Assembly (NCBI GenBank): GCA_045837725.1
Contig: JBEWZL010000220.1
Coordinates: 248,001 to 291,186, forward strand
Reading direction: 5' to 3'
Origin: Vermamoeba vermiformis
Lineage: Eukaryota
DNA: 43,186 nucleotides
Shown in pieces: positions 1 through 23,274 of this stretch. Both the position numbers and the translations under genes were made by a program. The notes under the pieces are model-generated. The model was not told where the DNA came from. It saw nothing but the letters and a program-made list of their open reading frames with translations, and searched no databases. Position 1 is the first letter of the stretch. Every line of letters begins with the position of its first letter.

Positions 1-2515
1 TCCGCTGGACATCCGTTCGTCCAAATGGTGCCACCATCAGTAATAAAGTATAATTCGTTGAATAAGGCCATTTTATAGTAATGTGGCATCTCAGGATCTA
101 AATAAAATGTCAATCTATGCACGTTCACTGAAAATTTATCAACTTACCATTAATGATTGGATCTTGCCATTTTTCGATTTCCTTCTCCCATTCACGCCAA
201 GAATAGAGCGCATCTTGAGCAATTTGAACAGCAGCATCACCGTCTGTACCATAGAAGCGAGTGTACCGACGATAATATGCATTGCCAGAATAAAATCGGA
301 TCAAGGGACAATCCCAAGACAAAGCGAATTCAAAAGTAGCTGTTTGGCCTGCTTTGACCTAAATAAATTATAATTAGATTTCACATAATAAATATTTCAA
401 ATTTAAAATATGAATACGTACGACTTTCTTGATCGCAACAGCAGATGCGTAAATTTCGCCTTTTTGAGAAACATCGGACTCTTCTTCTTTAAAGTCCAAG
501 ACCCCAGAGTCTGAAAATTGCTGCCACAAGTTCTCAGCAGAAGTTTTATCGTTCGCGAGCCACTTTGATTTGAACGAGACCAGCGAGTCTTTGTCTTCCT
601 TGTCGATCTTAGTAACGACTGCAAAAGACAGCGGGTCTCTGTGAGTGACATCTGCCGGCTTTGCCTTCTTGCCGTTCTCCGTGACACTTGCCACTTGATG
701 CGAGGTCTGGCGCCAATCGTGGTTCAACAGCACACCGCAGATTTCATCGAAGTTCTCGACGACATCGCGCTTGGCTTCTTTTTCTTCGACAGGCAGAATT
801 CGTTCAGTGTTGACGATATCGTGCTCGTCAATGTTGTTCTTGGCTCCATTGGCACCGCACGACTCGCTGTTGCACCCACCGTTTTTGTCGTTCGAGGTGT
901 CAATGTTGTTGTTCTCCATTTCTTGCTTGGATTGTTTTTTGACCTTCTGTCTGAAGCTCTTATTCTGGTGGCCGGCTTCTTTGTCAACTTGATCGCCTGT
1001 GCCGTTCTGCCACGTGAACATGATCGACACCTCTTTGTCGGTTTGTGAGGTGTTTTCCTATACCGAGTTAGGCCTATATTAATATGGTAATATTAAGTAC
1101 TTACCACCGTCCACACGAAGACACCAACAGGGTAACTGCTTTCTTTGTAGTTGTGAGGCAAAATGGGCGACAACTGCTTGCACGTCACTTTCAAGTCTGG
1201 ATCCGGCTCGCCGTTGTAGACATTCCAAGAACGCGGAAACAAAGCGTGATACTCGGTATTATTGCCTTGAATTCCGTTCCAATTCCACGATTGCAACGGT
1301 GATTTCTGCGAGGAATTAGATTTTGACACTTTGACACGCGTCATGTTTTAAAGATGCCAACACTTACCTTATCCAAATCTTTTCTTCCGTTTAATACAGC
1401 AGCACGTTTCTAAGAAATGATTGTTAGCGAAAATTGGTTTGTTTGCAAGACAGAAAAATTATCGAAATTCACTTACGCCGTCAGGAAGCACTTGATATTT
1501 CTTCTTTGACTTTTTGGATCTTTTCTTAGTTTTTCTTTTTAACTTGCCACTAGCGGTCATTGAGCCACTAGCACTCAGAGAGGCGCTAGAATTTAAAGAG
1601 CTTGGACCACTCGCGGTTGATCCTGAAGTGTCCGATCCAAAACTGCTATCCTTTTGGCATACAATAGGTGCACTATATAGAGAGAATTGATTGGCATCCA
1701 CGATTCGGTAATTGACAATGCCTCCAGGAACTAAAGTCCATCTGACAAAAAAAAGGTTAAAATTCAAATATTTTTAGGTCAAAAAGCAATTTCCAAATAC
1801 CTGCAGAAGTCGCCTCGCCAGCCTCTATTAATAGCCCCGCTTCCAATGCCACCGATCGGCACACCCATGATGGATCCTTAAAAGGAAAATCAGCAACAAA
1901 TTCAACTGAACAAAGTCCGTTACCAATTTAATGGTAAATCGTCAAATATGCTGCGTAACATCAAGCATAAAACATGCAGCCAATAAGGTATCGCGATAAG
2001 AATCATGCTATCGAAATTTCAAGTTTTGCAAATCCGGATGTGTTATTATTACGAGCTGAATCAATTATTGATACGCACCAATGGGTTTCAATGGGTCTAC
2101 TAAAGGATCCATCATAGGCAATCGCCCCTCGGAGCGTTCTTGTTTAATGTAGCGCCATAAACGCCAAGCTGATTTTAACATGGAAATAGCTTGCATCGGA
2201 GTGACCTAATAGTATTATAAATAATTACTACACGTGAAAAATAACATTGAGTACTGATAACATAGAGAAATATGATGAACGAAGCAAGTTAATAATTTTT
2301 TAATAATTTTTAAAGACAGATCCGAAAGTTCTCGTTTGACACGGCCTTACCTTGAATTCCTTTACGGGCATTAAATCATCGCCATATTGTCTGACCCATG
2401 TGCAGTTAGGAATGCCCTCGGGTCGCTCACTCTTCGCGTCAAAAGTATTGACGAGCGTATCCGGGTTTAATTTCGGAGCACCACTCGTCGTTGTAACATT
2501 CGTATTATTATTCAT
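1..2515 (-). CDS. GBA2: Non-lysosomal glucosylceramidase (GBA2/GH116) N-terminal region; multi-exon; runs off left edge
   Basis: Exons give [26 protein letters not shown]...[13 protein letters not shown]...[59 protein letters not shown]....[17 protein letters not shown]; probable ATG at 2515. Confidence 0.9.
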
Positions 2516-3002
2516 TCGTGGTAACGTCGTATTGAGTGTAAAAATAATGTGTTGCGCATTGTTCGGGTCGCAATCATAAACTGCTCATGAATTTTGAACT
2601 ATTTTCAGTGAATTCTAGAGAACTATTCCAAAAGAAAAATATCGGGCACAACTCACGTTAAACACTATCGTAGAAATCAAACCCGTACATACCGATCTTC
2701 ATCTGAGAAGCACGTAAAGCTCATCTTGATCTCGATCTTCTACATCCCTTTGCTCTTTGCCTCAATTATTGAACAACAAAGAAAAATGCTTTTCGGGGAG
2801 AATTTCGACAAAATGCCTGAACCGGGCGTGGCTGGCTTCAATTTTTTTTGTGGGAATTCGAAAAACATTGGAAATTGTTCACCCGTCAAAAATATTGTTT
2901 GATGAATTAGATAAAAGGAGGCACCACAACTACACAAAGGTAAAATATTTGAAGTATTTAAATTAGAGGCTTTTCTAACGATTTTTTCGGTTTCAAAAAC
3001 AG

Positions 3003-4686
3003 ATGCGAAAAGCAGCACGCAAGCAGAAAAAATTGGCTAAATTAGAATCAAAAGAAAAAGAGTCATTGCTAGTTAAAACATCTATAGAACTGCCAGAATC
3101 GAAGGAATTGAGCTTATATTCAGCTCGCGGTCGATCCAGATTCAACCCAACTGTGATTTTAGCAGCCCAGCACGACTATCCTGGCATTGCGTACGCTATC
3201 TCACGGAGCAATACATTGCACAAATTAAATTGCGAGAGTGACATCAAGTTACTCGAATGCATTAACCAAGCGTTAAAGATCAACACATCCATCAAATTTT
3301 TCACTTTTACCAATCACTTCGTAACGACGGAAGATTTAAATCCCTATATGCAAGCATTTTTCCCTATAATTCGAGATATATTACAGTATAACAACTTAAC
3401 AACGTGCAACTTTTCCCGCACCCCCCAACAGCGATTCAGAATTAATTATTGGCCTAAAAAACAACACGAGCCTGACTTCATTAACAATGCCAAGCTATAG
3501 ATACACACCAGAATCAATGCACGCATTGGCAGATATCATTAGTAATCACCCGAACTTGGCAGATCTGACCTTCTTTTCGGGACATCAAGCTCAGAAAGAT
3601 GGATGGAAATATATGGCCACTATCGTACTCGCCAATCGCTTGCGTAAACTATCCTTTGGAACGAGATACAATGTTTGGAAAGATACTTTCGGTCCCGTTT
3701 TTGACGCCCTTCAACACAACACGTCTTTGACGTTTCTGTCATTCGAACAACAAGGCACGGGCCTACGTGACGAATGTTCTATCTCAGAGGCCGAGTGCGA
3801 CGTACTATCCAACTCATTACGTTTAAATCAAACCCTCACTAAGTTAAACATCAATGGCATGAAACTCGGATCCAACAAAATGTCAAAAATTTTCGACGCG
3901 CTACAGCACCACACAGCACTAACAGAGCTCAATTTCTGGGAAAAGAACAAATTGGATGCAGATATTGCGCCGTCTCTTGGCGCGTTCTTGCAAGTCAACG
4001 AGTCGTTAACAGAGTTGGATCTGTCTTATTCTAACATCACAGCTGAAGCTTGTCAACATTTCGGACCCGCGCTTAAAAACAACCGATCGATTACATCACT
4101 CAATTTGTTCATGAATCCTATTTGCTCTGAAGGCTGCAAATATCTCGCTGAAGGATTGAAATTTAACAAGGCGTTGATCCGTGTCAACCTCAAGGACTGC
4201 AAGATCCAAGACGGAGGATGCGTCTATTTAGGAGAAGCAATCAAAACGAACCAATGCTTATTGCATCTTGATATTAGCGGCCATGAAATCAAAACTGAAG
4301 GATATAAAGCACTGATCGAAGGAATGAAAGAGAATGATTCGTTGACAGATCTGACACTCTCAAAAGACAGATCCGTGCCAAGCGAACTTCACGATGAAAT
4401 TGTGACTATTCAAAATAGAAACAGGCAATATCAACGAGAGCTGAAAGTGACTACGATCACAATGTTGATCCAGATCGCACGTTCAGATGCATTCGACATG
4501 TTTCCATTGGAGATATGGCTTCGCATATTCAAGCACTTTGTATGTGGAGGTGTGCCAGGATTCAATCACATTGCTGAGACGATATTGATGCACTCGGATG
4601 TGACTGATCTGACATCGTTGTGTAAAATGAGAATTGTCAGAATCAACGGCAAGAGCCATCTTGTACAAAAGAATACAGATGAATAA
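3003..4686 (+). pseudogene. RNI/NLRC3-like leucine-rich repeat protein, copy 1, with one frameshift (pseudogene or sequencing indel)
   Basis: ORFs 3003-3500 and 3487-4686 join on shifting frame near the C-run at ~3421-3426; the shifted frame gives LIIGLKNNTSLTSLTMP, matching paralogue FANGLKNNTTLKYLSIP; repeated LKxNxSLTxLxL 28-aa LRRs; no introns seen. Confidence 0.8.
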
Positions 4687-4860
4687 AAGAATATTGCAAA
4701 AGCGTTCTATCTTTTTTCTGGGGATGATGGGACCGAATGTGTACTCTTTTTTAATCGTCGCGAAAAAACCGCGCAGCGTAATGACCGTCGATATTTATGA
4801 CCACGAAGGATATTTGTTCTATAATTAATTATAGCGATCGGATCCAGAAAGAAGATAGTA

Positions 4861-6513
4861 ATGAAACATTTAAAATACGCTCGTACGAACCAAGCCACCA
4901 AAAAATTGCCAGCTATACCCGTCAGAGATCTGATATTAACAAAGAAAATAATTCATATCTCTACCATCAATGATCATTCATCTTTTAGCCTGCAAGATCC
5001 GTCTAGCCATGATACGACAATTTATTTGGCAAAAGGAGATTATAGCGACATCGCCCAAGCAATTGAAGAGAGCGAAATTTTGAAGCATTTAGAATGTAGA
5101 ATTAATCCTGCCTTCTCCTTGCAACTTTGCAATGCTCTGAAAGAGAACAAATCCGTTCGATCTCTCAAGATCTCCCCGCCAAAACTCAATACCGAGCCTC
5201 ACTTCGTCATCAACCCTCTTTTAGACGCTCTAGGAGAATTGTTGTCGGTTAACAATTGTTTGACAAGGCTAGACTTATCAAGCGAGTTTTACGAAAAAAA
5301 GAATGATCTGTTCCTCAAGTTCGCCAATGGACTCAAAAACAACACAACGTTGAAGTACTTGTCAATACCAGATATCAATTATGGAGTAGAAGACATTACA
5401 CCGGTCATTGAAGCGATCAAAAATCATCCTGAATTAAAACCTGCAACGACCAAATTTCAATTAGGTCCGTGGAAACGCCAAAGTGAAGCTTTGGCACTAT
5501 TAATTAAAGAAAATGTCATTGACGAGCTCACGATAACAAAATATTATTTTAGTTCAGAACAGAGTACTATTCCTTTTTTTGAAGCGCTCCAAGAAAACAC
5601 TTCGATAACGGATCTGCGCCTAGCATGTAATCTAACTGCAGAAGAAGTGAATGTCTTTGCCGATGCACTTAAGCTCAATCACTCCTTGACGAAGCTGGAC
5701 CTCAATAAAAACAAACTTGGATCCGGTCACCTGTCAAAAATTCTCAACTCACTATTACATCACCCTTCACTGACTCTACTCACATTCTGCGATAACAACT
5801 TAACAAACAATATTTCGCCATCAATAGGATCATTAATAGAGATGAATTCATTGACACAATTGGATCTGAGAGAAATTGGAATCACCGCAGAAGGTTGCAA
5901 ATTTATTGGTCCAGCGCTAGCAAAGAACAAATCGATCACGTGGTTAAATTTATCTAAAAACCCCATTGAACTGGAAGGCCTTAAATGTCTGACCAAAGGC
6001 CTCAAGCACAATAAGACATTAATTAGCTTAAGTTTACATGACTGCGGGATTGATGAAGAAGGCTGCAAATACATTGGAAAGGCTCTCGCAAGAAACAACG
6101 GCTTATTACAATTAGATATTTCATCTTCGGAAATTAATATCAACGGATACAACGCTTTGATCAAAGGATTAGAACAAAACACGTCGTTAACTTATTTACA
6201 CGTGATAGCTGATCGATTAGTCGCTAAAAAAAGACGAGATTTGGTCACGAAAATTCTCGCGAAGAACAAACAACAGCGAAAAGACCTCATCGTGAACGGC
6301 ATTACAGCTTTGATCCAGATCGCCCGATCTTTTTCCAACAGTTTGTTTCCTTTGGAGATCTGGCTTAGAATCTTCGAATACCTCTCATGCGGTGCAGTAC
6401 CTAGCTTCAAATACATCGCTGAAAAGATTCTGATGGACGCGGATGCACGAGATCTGAAGACTTTATGCAAAATGAAAATTGGAAGAATCAACGGCAATAG
6501 TCATTTAATATGA
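4861..6513 (+). CDS. RNI/NLRC3-like leucine-rich repeat protein, copy 2 (550 aa, intronless), with C-terminal F-box-like motif
   Basis: Repeats such as ALAKNKSITWLNLSKNPIELEG; shares FPLEIWLRIF and RING(K/N)SHL(V/I) tail with copy 1. Confidence 0.9.
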   Translation: MKHLKYARTNQATKKLPAIPVRDLILTKKIIHISTINDHSSFSLQDPSSHDTTIYLAKGDYSDIAQAIEESEILKHLECRINPAFSLQLCNALKENKSVRSLKISPPKLNTEPHFVINPLLDALGELLSVNNCLTRLDLSSEFYEKKNDLFLKFANGLKNNTTLKYLSIPDINYGVEDITPVIEAIKNHPELKPATTKFQLGPWKRQSEALALLIKENVIDELTITKYYFSSEQSTIPFFEALQENTSITDLRLACNLTAEEVNVFADALKLNHSLTKLDLNKNKLGSGHLSKILNSLLHHPSLTLLTFCDNNLTNNISPSIGSLIEMNSLTQLDLREIGITAEGCKFIGPALAKNKSITWLNLSKNPIELEGLKCLTKGLKHNKTLISLSLHDCGIDEEGCKYIGKALARNNGLLQLDISSSEININGYNALIKGLEQNTSLTYLHVIADRLVAKKRRDLVTKILAKNKQQRKDLIVNGITALIQIARSFSNSLFPLEIWLRIFEYLSCGAVPSFKYIAEKILMDADARDLKTLCKMKIGRINGNSHLI

Positions 6514-6585
6514 CCAAAGTTATATAACCAACATAATTGCTAAGGAGCTGCCTTTATTCCATTATGTACAACAACAAAATTGTCT

Positions 6586-15344
<8,759 letters not shown>

Positions 15345-15934
15345 TTGGTCATGAGAGGAGCCTGGTATTACGATCTATAGTTTGGCTAAAAAGAAACAAG
15401 ACGAAAAAGCGACCTAAAAAAAGCACGTGAAACGAAATCATTTTGATACGCATCGTTCAATGAAACAAACACAATTATATTATTGTAACTCCACCCATAA
15501 CAACTTAAATCATTCAATGGATTATTAGTCGAGGAATAAACTTCGTGCACGCACCGCAACGCGTGAATCTGAAACACATTATCGGGCCAACCCGGCTCAG
15601 TTCCTAGGTAAGCCCTATTATCCACCGTTTAATTTTCAACTGTAACATTACATCATTCGTCATGTTGCGTATTTAATACGTATTTTTTTATTTCTGGTTG
15701 GGAATTTGCTTCATTATTCGACCTAAAAATTACCATAAATAGACCATTACGCGACATTATTGCCGTATTCCCAACTCACGATTTTTACGGATGCCTTTTT
15801 GGCCGAATCCAAAAATTTACTGAAAATTACCTGCAATGCCCCTCGATTTTCTTGAGAGTGCCAGCGCCGTTTTACTCAATATAAGATGTCGTTACGCGAT
15901 TCGTTATTTCAATAACTTTATGACAATTGACAAC

Positions 15935-16970
15935 ATGTCTAGCATTAAAACTGCCTTCAATGCTACATCTCTGCGCCAGTACTTCGTTGAGTTCTTGGGC
16001 ACGCTTCTCTTCGTGTTCATGGCCACCGGCGTCGTAGTGTCTACCACTTACGTTGGCGGAATGAACTCAGGCGCCATTGTGGCTATTGGCCTTGGATTTG
16101 GATTCAGCTTAGCGGCGATGATTTTCGCAGCTGCTAATTACTCGGGAGGTCATATTAATCCAGCAGTCACTGCTGCATTTATGGTGACCAACGACATTCA
16201 CTTCTTAAAAGGCATCTTCTACATTCTATCGCAACTCGCTGGAGCAATGGTCGGATCTGCTTTACTTCGTGCAACTACACCAGAAGTTGGTAAGCTCGAC
16301 ATATCTCAATATATGACCCACCTTTGTTATGATACTCATAACTTTTGTTCTAAGCTTGGAGAGCTGCCAACTTGGGCGCAACGAAAATTAGCGCAGATCT
16401 ATCCCTCGCTTCTGCGGTATTCTTCGAGTTGATTATCACTTTTGTGCTCGTGTATACCGTGTATACTACCGTAGATGTACCTAAAAGTAAGTATTAGGTT
16501 GCTTGTAGCTTCAAATTTATGTGTATGATCTGATCGAACCAAAAACTTACCGTTACAACAGAAAAAGACGGTGGTGTTGGCAAATTGGCTGCTATGGCCG
16601 TTGGTCTCGCCGTGCTTGCTTGCCATTTAGTCGGAGCACCATTCACTGGTCCTTCACTGAACCCTGCTAGAAGTTTTGTAAGTGTCAAGGACGCGCCACA
16701 TCCAGGAAAACACATTTCCAACGCTTTCTATACTAGTATAGCGCTCATGATGCTAATTTTTCGCTATCTCAGGGACCTGCAGTCGTGTCGGGCTATTGGC
16801 AGAATCACTGGGTCTATTGGGTCGGTCCTTTGGCAGGCGGAATACTCGCGGGCCTGATCTTCAAATACATCCTGATGAATAAGATGCCGTGGCAGCAGAA
16901 CCCTAATTCAACGCAGTCTACTCAACCCGATAAGGCTGACGAAGATAAACAAGGAGATGAAATGGCTTGA
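15935..16970 (+). CDS. Aquaporin / MIP channel; multi-exon
   Basis: YFVEFLGTLLFVF, SGGHINPAVT and GPSLNPARSF (two NPA motifs), HWVYWVGPLAGG. Confidence 0.95.
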
Positions 16971-17407
16971 ACAATTCAAAAGCATAGGACAGATTGATCA
17001 AAAATATTATTTTAAAATTGTAAATAATAGCTTGCTGGCTTCTGTAAATAATTTTCTTAACGTAAAATAAGAATCACAATCATATAGTCATTAATAATAA
17101 TATTTATACCTGTCAGAACTTGTTTGAGTTCCCACGTAACGGTCACTTTTGCTGTTCCGATCTTGCGGCTTTTAGATACTGATTGATCATAATCTTATAA
17201 GATTCTATAGGCAAGGAATGTTCTAGGCGCTGACTCGTTACCCAAATATAGCCGATGACTGTGCATTTCAGCTTCTTTCGAATTACAAAATATCGAAAAA
17301 ACCTCCGCTCCGTTTTTTCGGCCTTTTTTTTTCTTTTCCTCCCTAGGCAGTTAACCAACGCAGCTCTCGAGCGAACAACACGGCATTAATCTTATAATCA
17401 CAACACA

Positions 17408-20400
17408 ATGGGTTTCTTAACAGATGGAGACACGTTAGATTGGGAAGATGCTAAAAAAGTTAGAGATTACATTAAAGAGCACGGCATCTTACAATTTTTG
17501 TCTATTTGGAGAAAATTAAAGGACCGCGAGAACGATATTCTGTTGTGGGGTGATGAAGTAAGAAAATTCAAACTTTGTGACCCCGCGATCAACCAATTCT
17601 AAATTTATTTTAACTGATAGATTGAATATATTATTCTTCATTTCGACGAGGAGAAGAAGAAAGTTACAGTATCTTTGCGAGGATTTGATATTGTCCATGA
17701 ACTGGATACCCTGACCGAAAATGATCCGGAGTGGAAAGCGTATGTAAATTTAGCAAACTATTAATTTAGCATACACCATCAATCTTGCATTTATTAAAAT
17801 TAATAATAGTGAAAAAGAATAATTTTAAATTACCGTTTTCGGATCGGCATGGAAGCTTCTTTTCACTTCCATGAAATTAACATGCCGATTGAAAACGCGA
17901 TTACTAGCATTTATTGTGATATTATTAATGATATTGTGATAATATTCGTTGAGCAAATACTTATTTCTTAATTTTTAAAAGTCTGTTCGCTTGGAGACCC
18001 GAGTACGGTACTCATATGATTGAAGGTACGTTCATATATGTTATATTAAATTAGTACTATTTATGGTAATATTATTATCGTTATTTTCGATTTTCTTGTG
18101 TTATTTAGATAACGTCTAGAAGGCGGCGCTCGTACGGTTTTGAGAGCTCTATTAACTGTAATTATCATAGGTACCCCCGGAAAACCTTTCAATTGCAGAG
18201 ATTTCGCTCTCGTTGAGTCTAATATGAAGCTAAGGCAAGTTCATCAGCGGATTAAGATCGGTTACGCGCGATCGAAAACTGACCTTGAATGAATTAGACG
18301 TAAGGCTATCAAGTCTCAGCTTAGAGAAAATGAAGATGTGATCACATTAACGAACTTCCCATTGTTCGGCGTGGGCGAATTCACGACTCCGGCTCATTTA
18401 CCGAATGGTCCCATCGCTATGTCTTTGTTTACTCCTGATGAGATTATTAACCCTCATAAACGATTCGGGTAAGGCTATATAACAATGACCGAGCTTATCA
18501 CACGAAGCCGTAATTGCTAAGCTAAACTACATGAATTTCTTTTTGCTTGATCTGGATTCACTAACTCCGGTTTATGAACAGCACTTTGACTGCCAATATT
18601 CGCAAGCGTCGTGGCGGGAAAGTTGTTATCCAATCTCCCTTATATATGGATAAGAACACTAAGCCATTGATCTACGATGAGCTTCGAGAGCAAGGTGTTC
18701 CTGTGAAGGATAATCACATTTATATGGACTCGATGGCCTTCGGAATGGGTCAATGTTGCTTGCAATGTACCTTCCAGTGCGTCAACGTAGAAGAGGCTCG
18801 TAATTTCTACGATCAATTAGCCGTGTTGTGCCCCATTATGGTACGTGTACTATGGAACTACAGATCCACCAGTTTAACATTCTAAAATATGAATATCCGT
18901 TCATGATAATAACAACGATGTCTTATAAACAATGGACGAGTATATCGATTTATAATACTAATTTCTTCGTAGTTGGCGCTGACTGCTGCAGATCCAGTTT
19001 TGCGTGGTTATTTGGCTGATACTGATGTTAGATGGCACATTATTTCTCAATCAGTCGATGACAGAACTCAAGAAGAGTTGGGTGTAGTTGTAAGTAGCTG
19101 TCTGAAAGTGATTATATTAACTCGTCAGATCGCGAGACACGCTTGGTCAAATACTAATGATTCAATATTATAGCCTCTCGAAAACGACAAATACGTCTTG
19201 AAAAAGTCTAGATATGGCCCTATTGACTGCTACATTTCTCAGCACGTCAATCCTAAGTTCAACGATGTGCCTATTATCTACGACAACGCTTACTATCAAA
19301 AACTCCTCGATAATGGTACACAAACTCTACTAAAGATATGAACGGTGTATATTGACATGATTATTATCTAGGCGTCGATGAGATTATGGCCAAGCACATT
19401 GCTCACTTGTTTGTGCGTGATCCTTTGGTTGTTTACAACGACAAGATCGAGATCGACGACGAGACTCACGTCGATCACTTTGAGGTACGATATTAAAGTT
19501 GTTATATGATATTGTTAGTGGCTGTATGTTAACAACATTCTCGGTAGAATATTCAATCCTCAGTATGGCAGACGGTCAGATTCAAGCCTCCTCCACCCAA
19601 CAGCCCTATTGGTTGGCGTGTAGAGTTCCGACCTATGGAAGTACAAGTAAGTATATTATTAAATAAGCTTTATATCCTGATCACTCTCGTACGAGAGTAA
19701 AAGAAGAATTATTTTTGGATCGAAAGAGCGAAACTAACATTTTCTTTTAGTTGACCGACTTTGAGAACGCAGCATTCGCTTGCTTCGTTGTGCTCTTCAC
19801 TCGTGCATTATCTACATTCGATATGAACTTGTACATTCCTATTTCAAAGATGGAAGAAAACATGGAGAAGGCCTTGTTGCGCGATGCTGTTCACACTCAA
19901 AAATTCTTCTTCAGAAAGAATATTACTAGCAAAAGTAAGTATCTGACAGCTACAACCACCAGTACATATATCATTATTGAAATGTAATTATGAGCGGAGA
20001 CTAAACCTTGATAATGTTGTAGTGAGCGCGAATGATGGATTGTCTTTGTGCAGCACTCCAATGTACTCACCTGGCAAGACACGTGACGACGAGTATGCTG
20101 AGATGACTATCAATCAAATTATGAACGGCTGTGAGGTAAGTTAAAAATTTCATCGAATCTGACGAGTATCTCGAAGAAGAGTGGCTCAAGATCTTACTAA
20201 TTCATGCTTTAGAAACTTGGTTTCCCTGGTCTTATTCCTCTCGTCAAGGCCTACTTGGACAAGGTTAACTTGGATTGGGAGACACGATGTGTCTTGAACC
20301 GTTACATGAAGCTGATCTCACAACGTGCATCTGGTAAGAAGTCGACTTCCGTTTTACTGAAAATGCTATAAATATGGCCGATATATATTTGATAAGTAGT

Positions 20401-20698
20401 AGCTAATGTTATGTGTCTAGGACAATTGCAAACTATGGCTGCTTGGATGCGAGACTTTATCACCAAGCATCCGGACTATCAACACGACTCAGTTGTTAGC
20501 GAGTCAATCAACTACGATCTTGTTAAGACTTGTTTGAAGGTATGTAATTCATCAGATATTAGCGGTTATTATGCAAAGCTAACAGAGCGAATCTAGATCG
20601 TGAACCACGAGGAAGTGGAGTTGGCCAAGCCGTTGTTGGGAGACTTGTACAGCGACTCTGTTAACAATAACAACACGAACAAGCCTGGTTCGAACTAA
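17408..20698 (+). CDS. GCLC: Glutamate-cysteine ligase catalytic subunit; multi-exon
   Basis: [97 protein letters not shown]; stop TAA 20696-20698. Confidence 0.96.
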
Positions 20699-20877
20699 TG
20701 TGCCAATAGAGCCAATAAATTATTCTCTCGCTATTTTTAACTTGTGATCGAGAATCTTGTTAAAAATTTGTGGTTTAGCTGACGTCAATTTATTTCAAAT
20801 GTCAACTGGCGAAGCACCACAAGTTTATGCCTGATAAAGTTCATATTTATTTGTATTGTCTTGCATAAATAGAGGTG

Positions 20878-23274
20878 ATGGATCGGTTCTTCGCTCTTGC
20901 ATCTTTGACATCTACAGGAGTTGGTAGAATAGCGCTTACTTATTACTTTCTATCGCTTCTAAATACGCCACTATTATTATGTATGCTACTTTCAGTCTCA
21001 TTAGCACTATATGGAGGTCTACAAGCATGGATGTGCGTACCAAATCCGAATAACGAAAGCTCTAGGCGCTTGTCATTCGAGCTGGTCACTTATAATGCCA
21101 TGGAAATATTATTATTGGGATTATCAGCAGGCCAAAAAAGCTTATTGGACATGGCATTGGTGCAGGTATGATTAATTATCATTTTCATAATAATAAAGCC
21201 ACAATAATTTAAGAGATAAGAGTTCAATAGGCACATCATTATTTAATTAAACATTATACTATTTAATTCGATTCAGATTTAATATCTATCTACGTTACTA
21301 AATGCAATCTTTTTACAGCTGTTGACACTTTTCGTGATAAACGCTACAACAAGAGCAGATCTAAAGTCTATTAAATATCCAGTATCAGTGCTTGCAGTAG
21401 TCCTCGGAGTGTTAGTATTGACTGTCGACAAAAACTTGGCGTTCTTTCCTCGAGTCGAAACAGTTGCATGGAGCGTAGTTACCATCGATATACATTCACA
21501 TATCATTCAAAATGGCAATTCTTTATCACAACGAACAATTTTTCAGTCGGAAGCGGTTGGCGCGGTCGTGTCATTCATGATCTCGTCGCTGATCTGGGTC
21601 AACAACGTGGAGCGCTTACAACTTTTGCCCGTTGAACATGACATGTACTCGACACTACTGCTTATTGCTGCGACAGCTGGATTGGTTCATTTGCTTTTCA
21701 AGCGGCTGACAGTCACGTTACCAAGACGGATTCAAAACCCGATCCAACCAGCAACCACCTTCGTATTCATTTCAATAGCTTCAGCGATCATTTATAGTAT
21801 TAATCATAACAAAGAGGTTTCATGGCCCGTAATAGCATCGATTGTCATGTTAGCTACTGGAGCGTATTTGTCAGCAAGTGCCAGATCCGACGTTCGACCA
21901 TCAGTTCTTCGAGCCCAACGATACGAAGAGCAATCAATTCCATCCATTAGAATAGCGGTCCTCATTGGCGTTACATTTTTAATACTATCGACGTACTCTA
22001 CCGCAACCATCAATGCCGAGATCCGCTCAAAGTTAAGCAACAGGACCGATGATGAATATCTCACGATCGAAGATGATTTTGACACGAAGACTTATATACC
22101 CACAAATATCAATAATATTACATATGACACGTCTCCTAAAGAAATCGAGCGTCAAGAACAGCGCGAGCAATGTTTTATCAAAACCCGCAAGTTGATCGTG
22201 GACACTGTATTCCCGCTAATTCCGCGCAACAAAAACTTCACGGCGGTAGATTTCCCGATGAATTGGGACCTTGGTTACCAGCAGATTTGGGTTGGTCAAG
22301 AACGCTTGTGGCACATCTACGGTCAATTTCCGCTACGCATGCCATCAATGAATCAAAGTGACATTCCTTCCGTTGAAGAGGTAACCGTTTTACTGATAAT
22401 GTTATTATTTATTAATTGGATAAATTTGTAGTTCCTGAAGGACGGAGCAATTTTCTTGCCTGGTGGAAGCAATTTTGGTGATTTGAATGAGGATGCGATG
22501 ACCTACAAATTGTCAGTTTTGAAATCTCACGCTGGTAATCCGATCGTTTCGTTGCCGCAAACGATGCTTTTTACGTCCAATGACAAAGTTGCAAAGCACA
22601 AGTCTGCGATCAACGCGCACAACCAGTTGACATTACTATGGCGAGATCAAGAATCGCTTCAATTGGCTAAAGAGACTTACAACAATGCTAAGTCCTTGTA
22701 TTGTCCTGACATGGCCTACACGCTTGGTCCAACCCTGCCAAACAGCTTGCCACAAGTCGATGTGATCTTCGTGATTCGACGTGATGCCGAAAAGACCGTT
22801 AGTAGCACAGACATTGTTAAGGCCAAGAAAGCAGTAGAGGATGCCGGCTACACTGCAGAAGTATGGGATTTCCCGACCCAAGGCTACCCTATGTACCAAG
22901 ACAGCACGACAAAGGAGGTGGTCTACGACTACAGAAAAATTTTGCCTGGAAGAATTGCCCCGAAAAATGAGCCCAATAACGAGCTCTATTCAGAATTGCG
23001 TCTTCAAGTCGGAATGAATTTAATTAGCCGCGGAAAAGTCATCGTTACAGATCGATTGCACGCGTTGATTATGGCACAAATGATTGATCGGCCTGTCATT
23101 TACTTTGACACCAAGTACAACAAATTGACACGTGTCAGAACAGCTCATGTCAAAGCAGTCAAGGAGTGTCAAGACAAGGTATTCAATTCCAAGAAAGTCC
23201 AATCGATCCACGAAGCCGCTAAAAAATCCGTCGAATTGATGAGCGGATCCAGCAAAAAAACACCTTCAGTGTAG
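20878..23274 (+). CDS. Polysaccharide pyruvyltransferase-family protein with multi-pass N-terminal membrane domain, copy A (3 exons)
   Basis: PGGSNFGD, LPQT, LLWRDQES, CPDMAY, VIVTDRLHALI; about 9-10 hydrophobic segments in the N-terminal ~290 aa. Confidence 0.8.

Noticed and set aside
641-1048. Plus-strand ORFs opposite GBA2
   Set aside because: Antisense shadows without motifs
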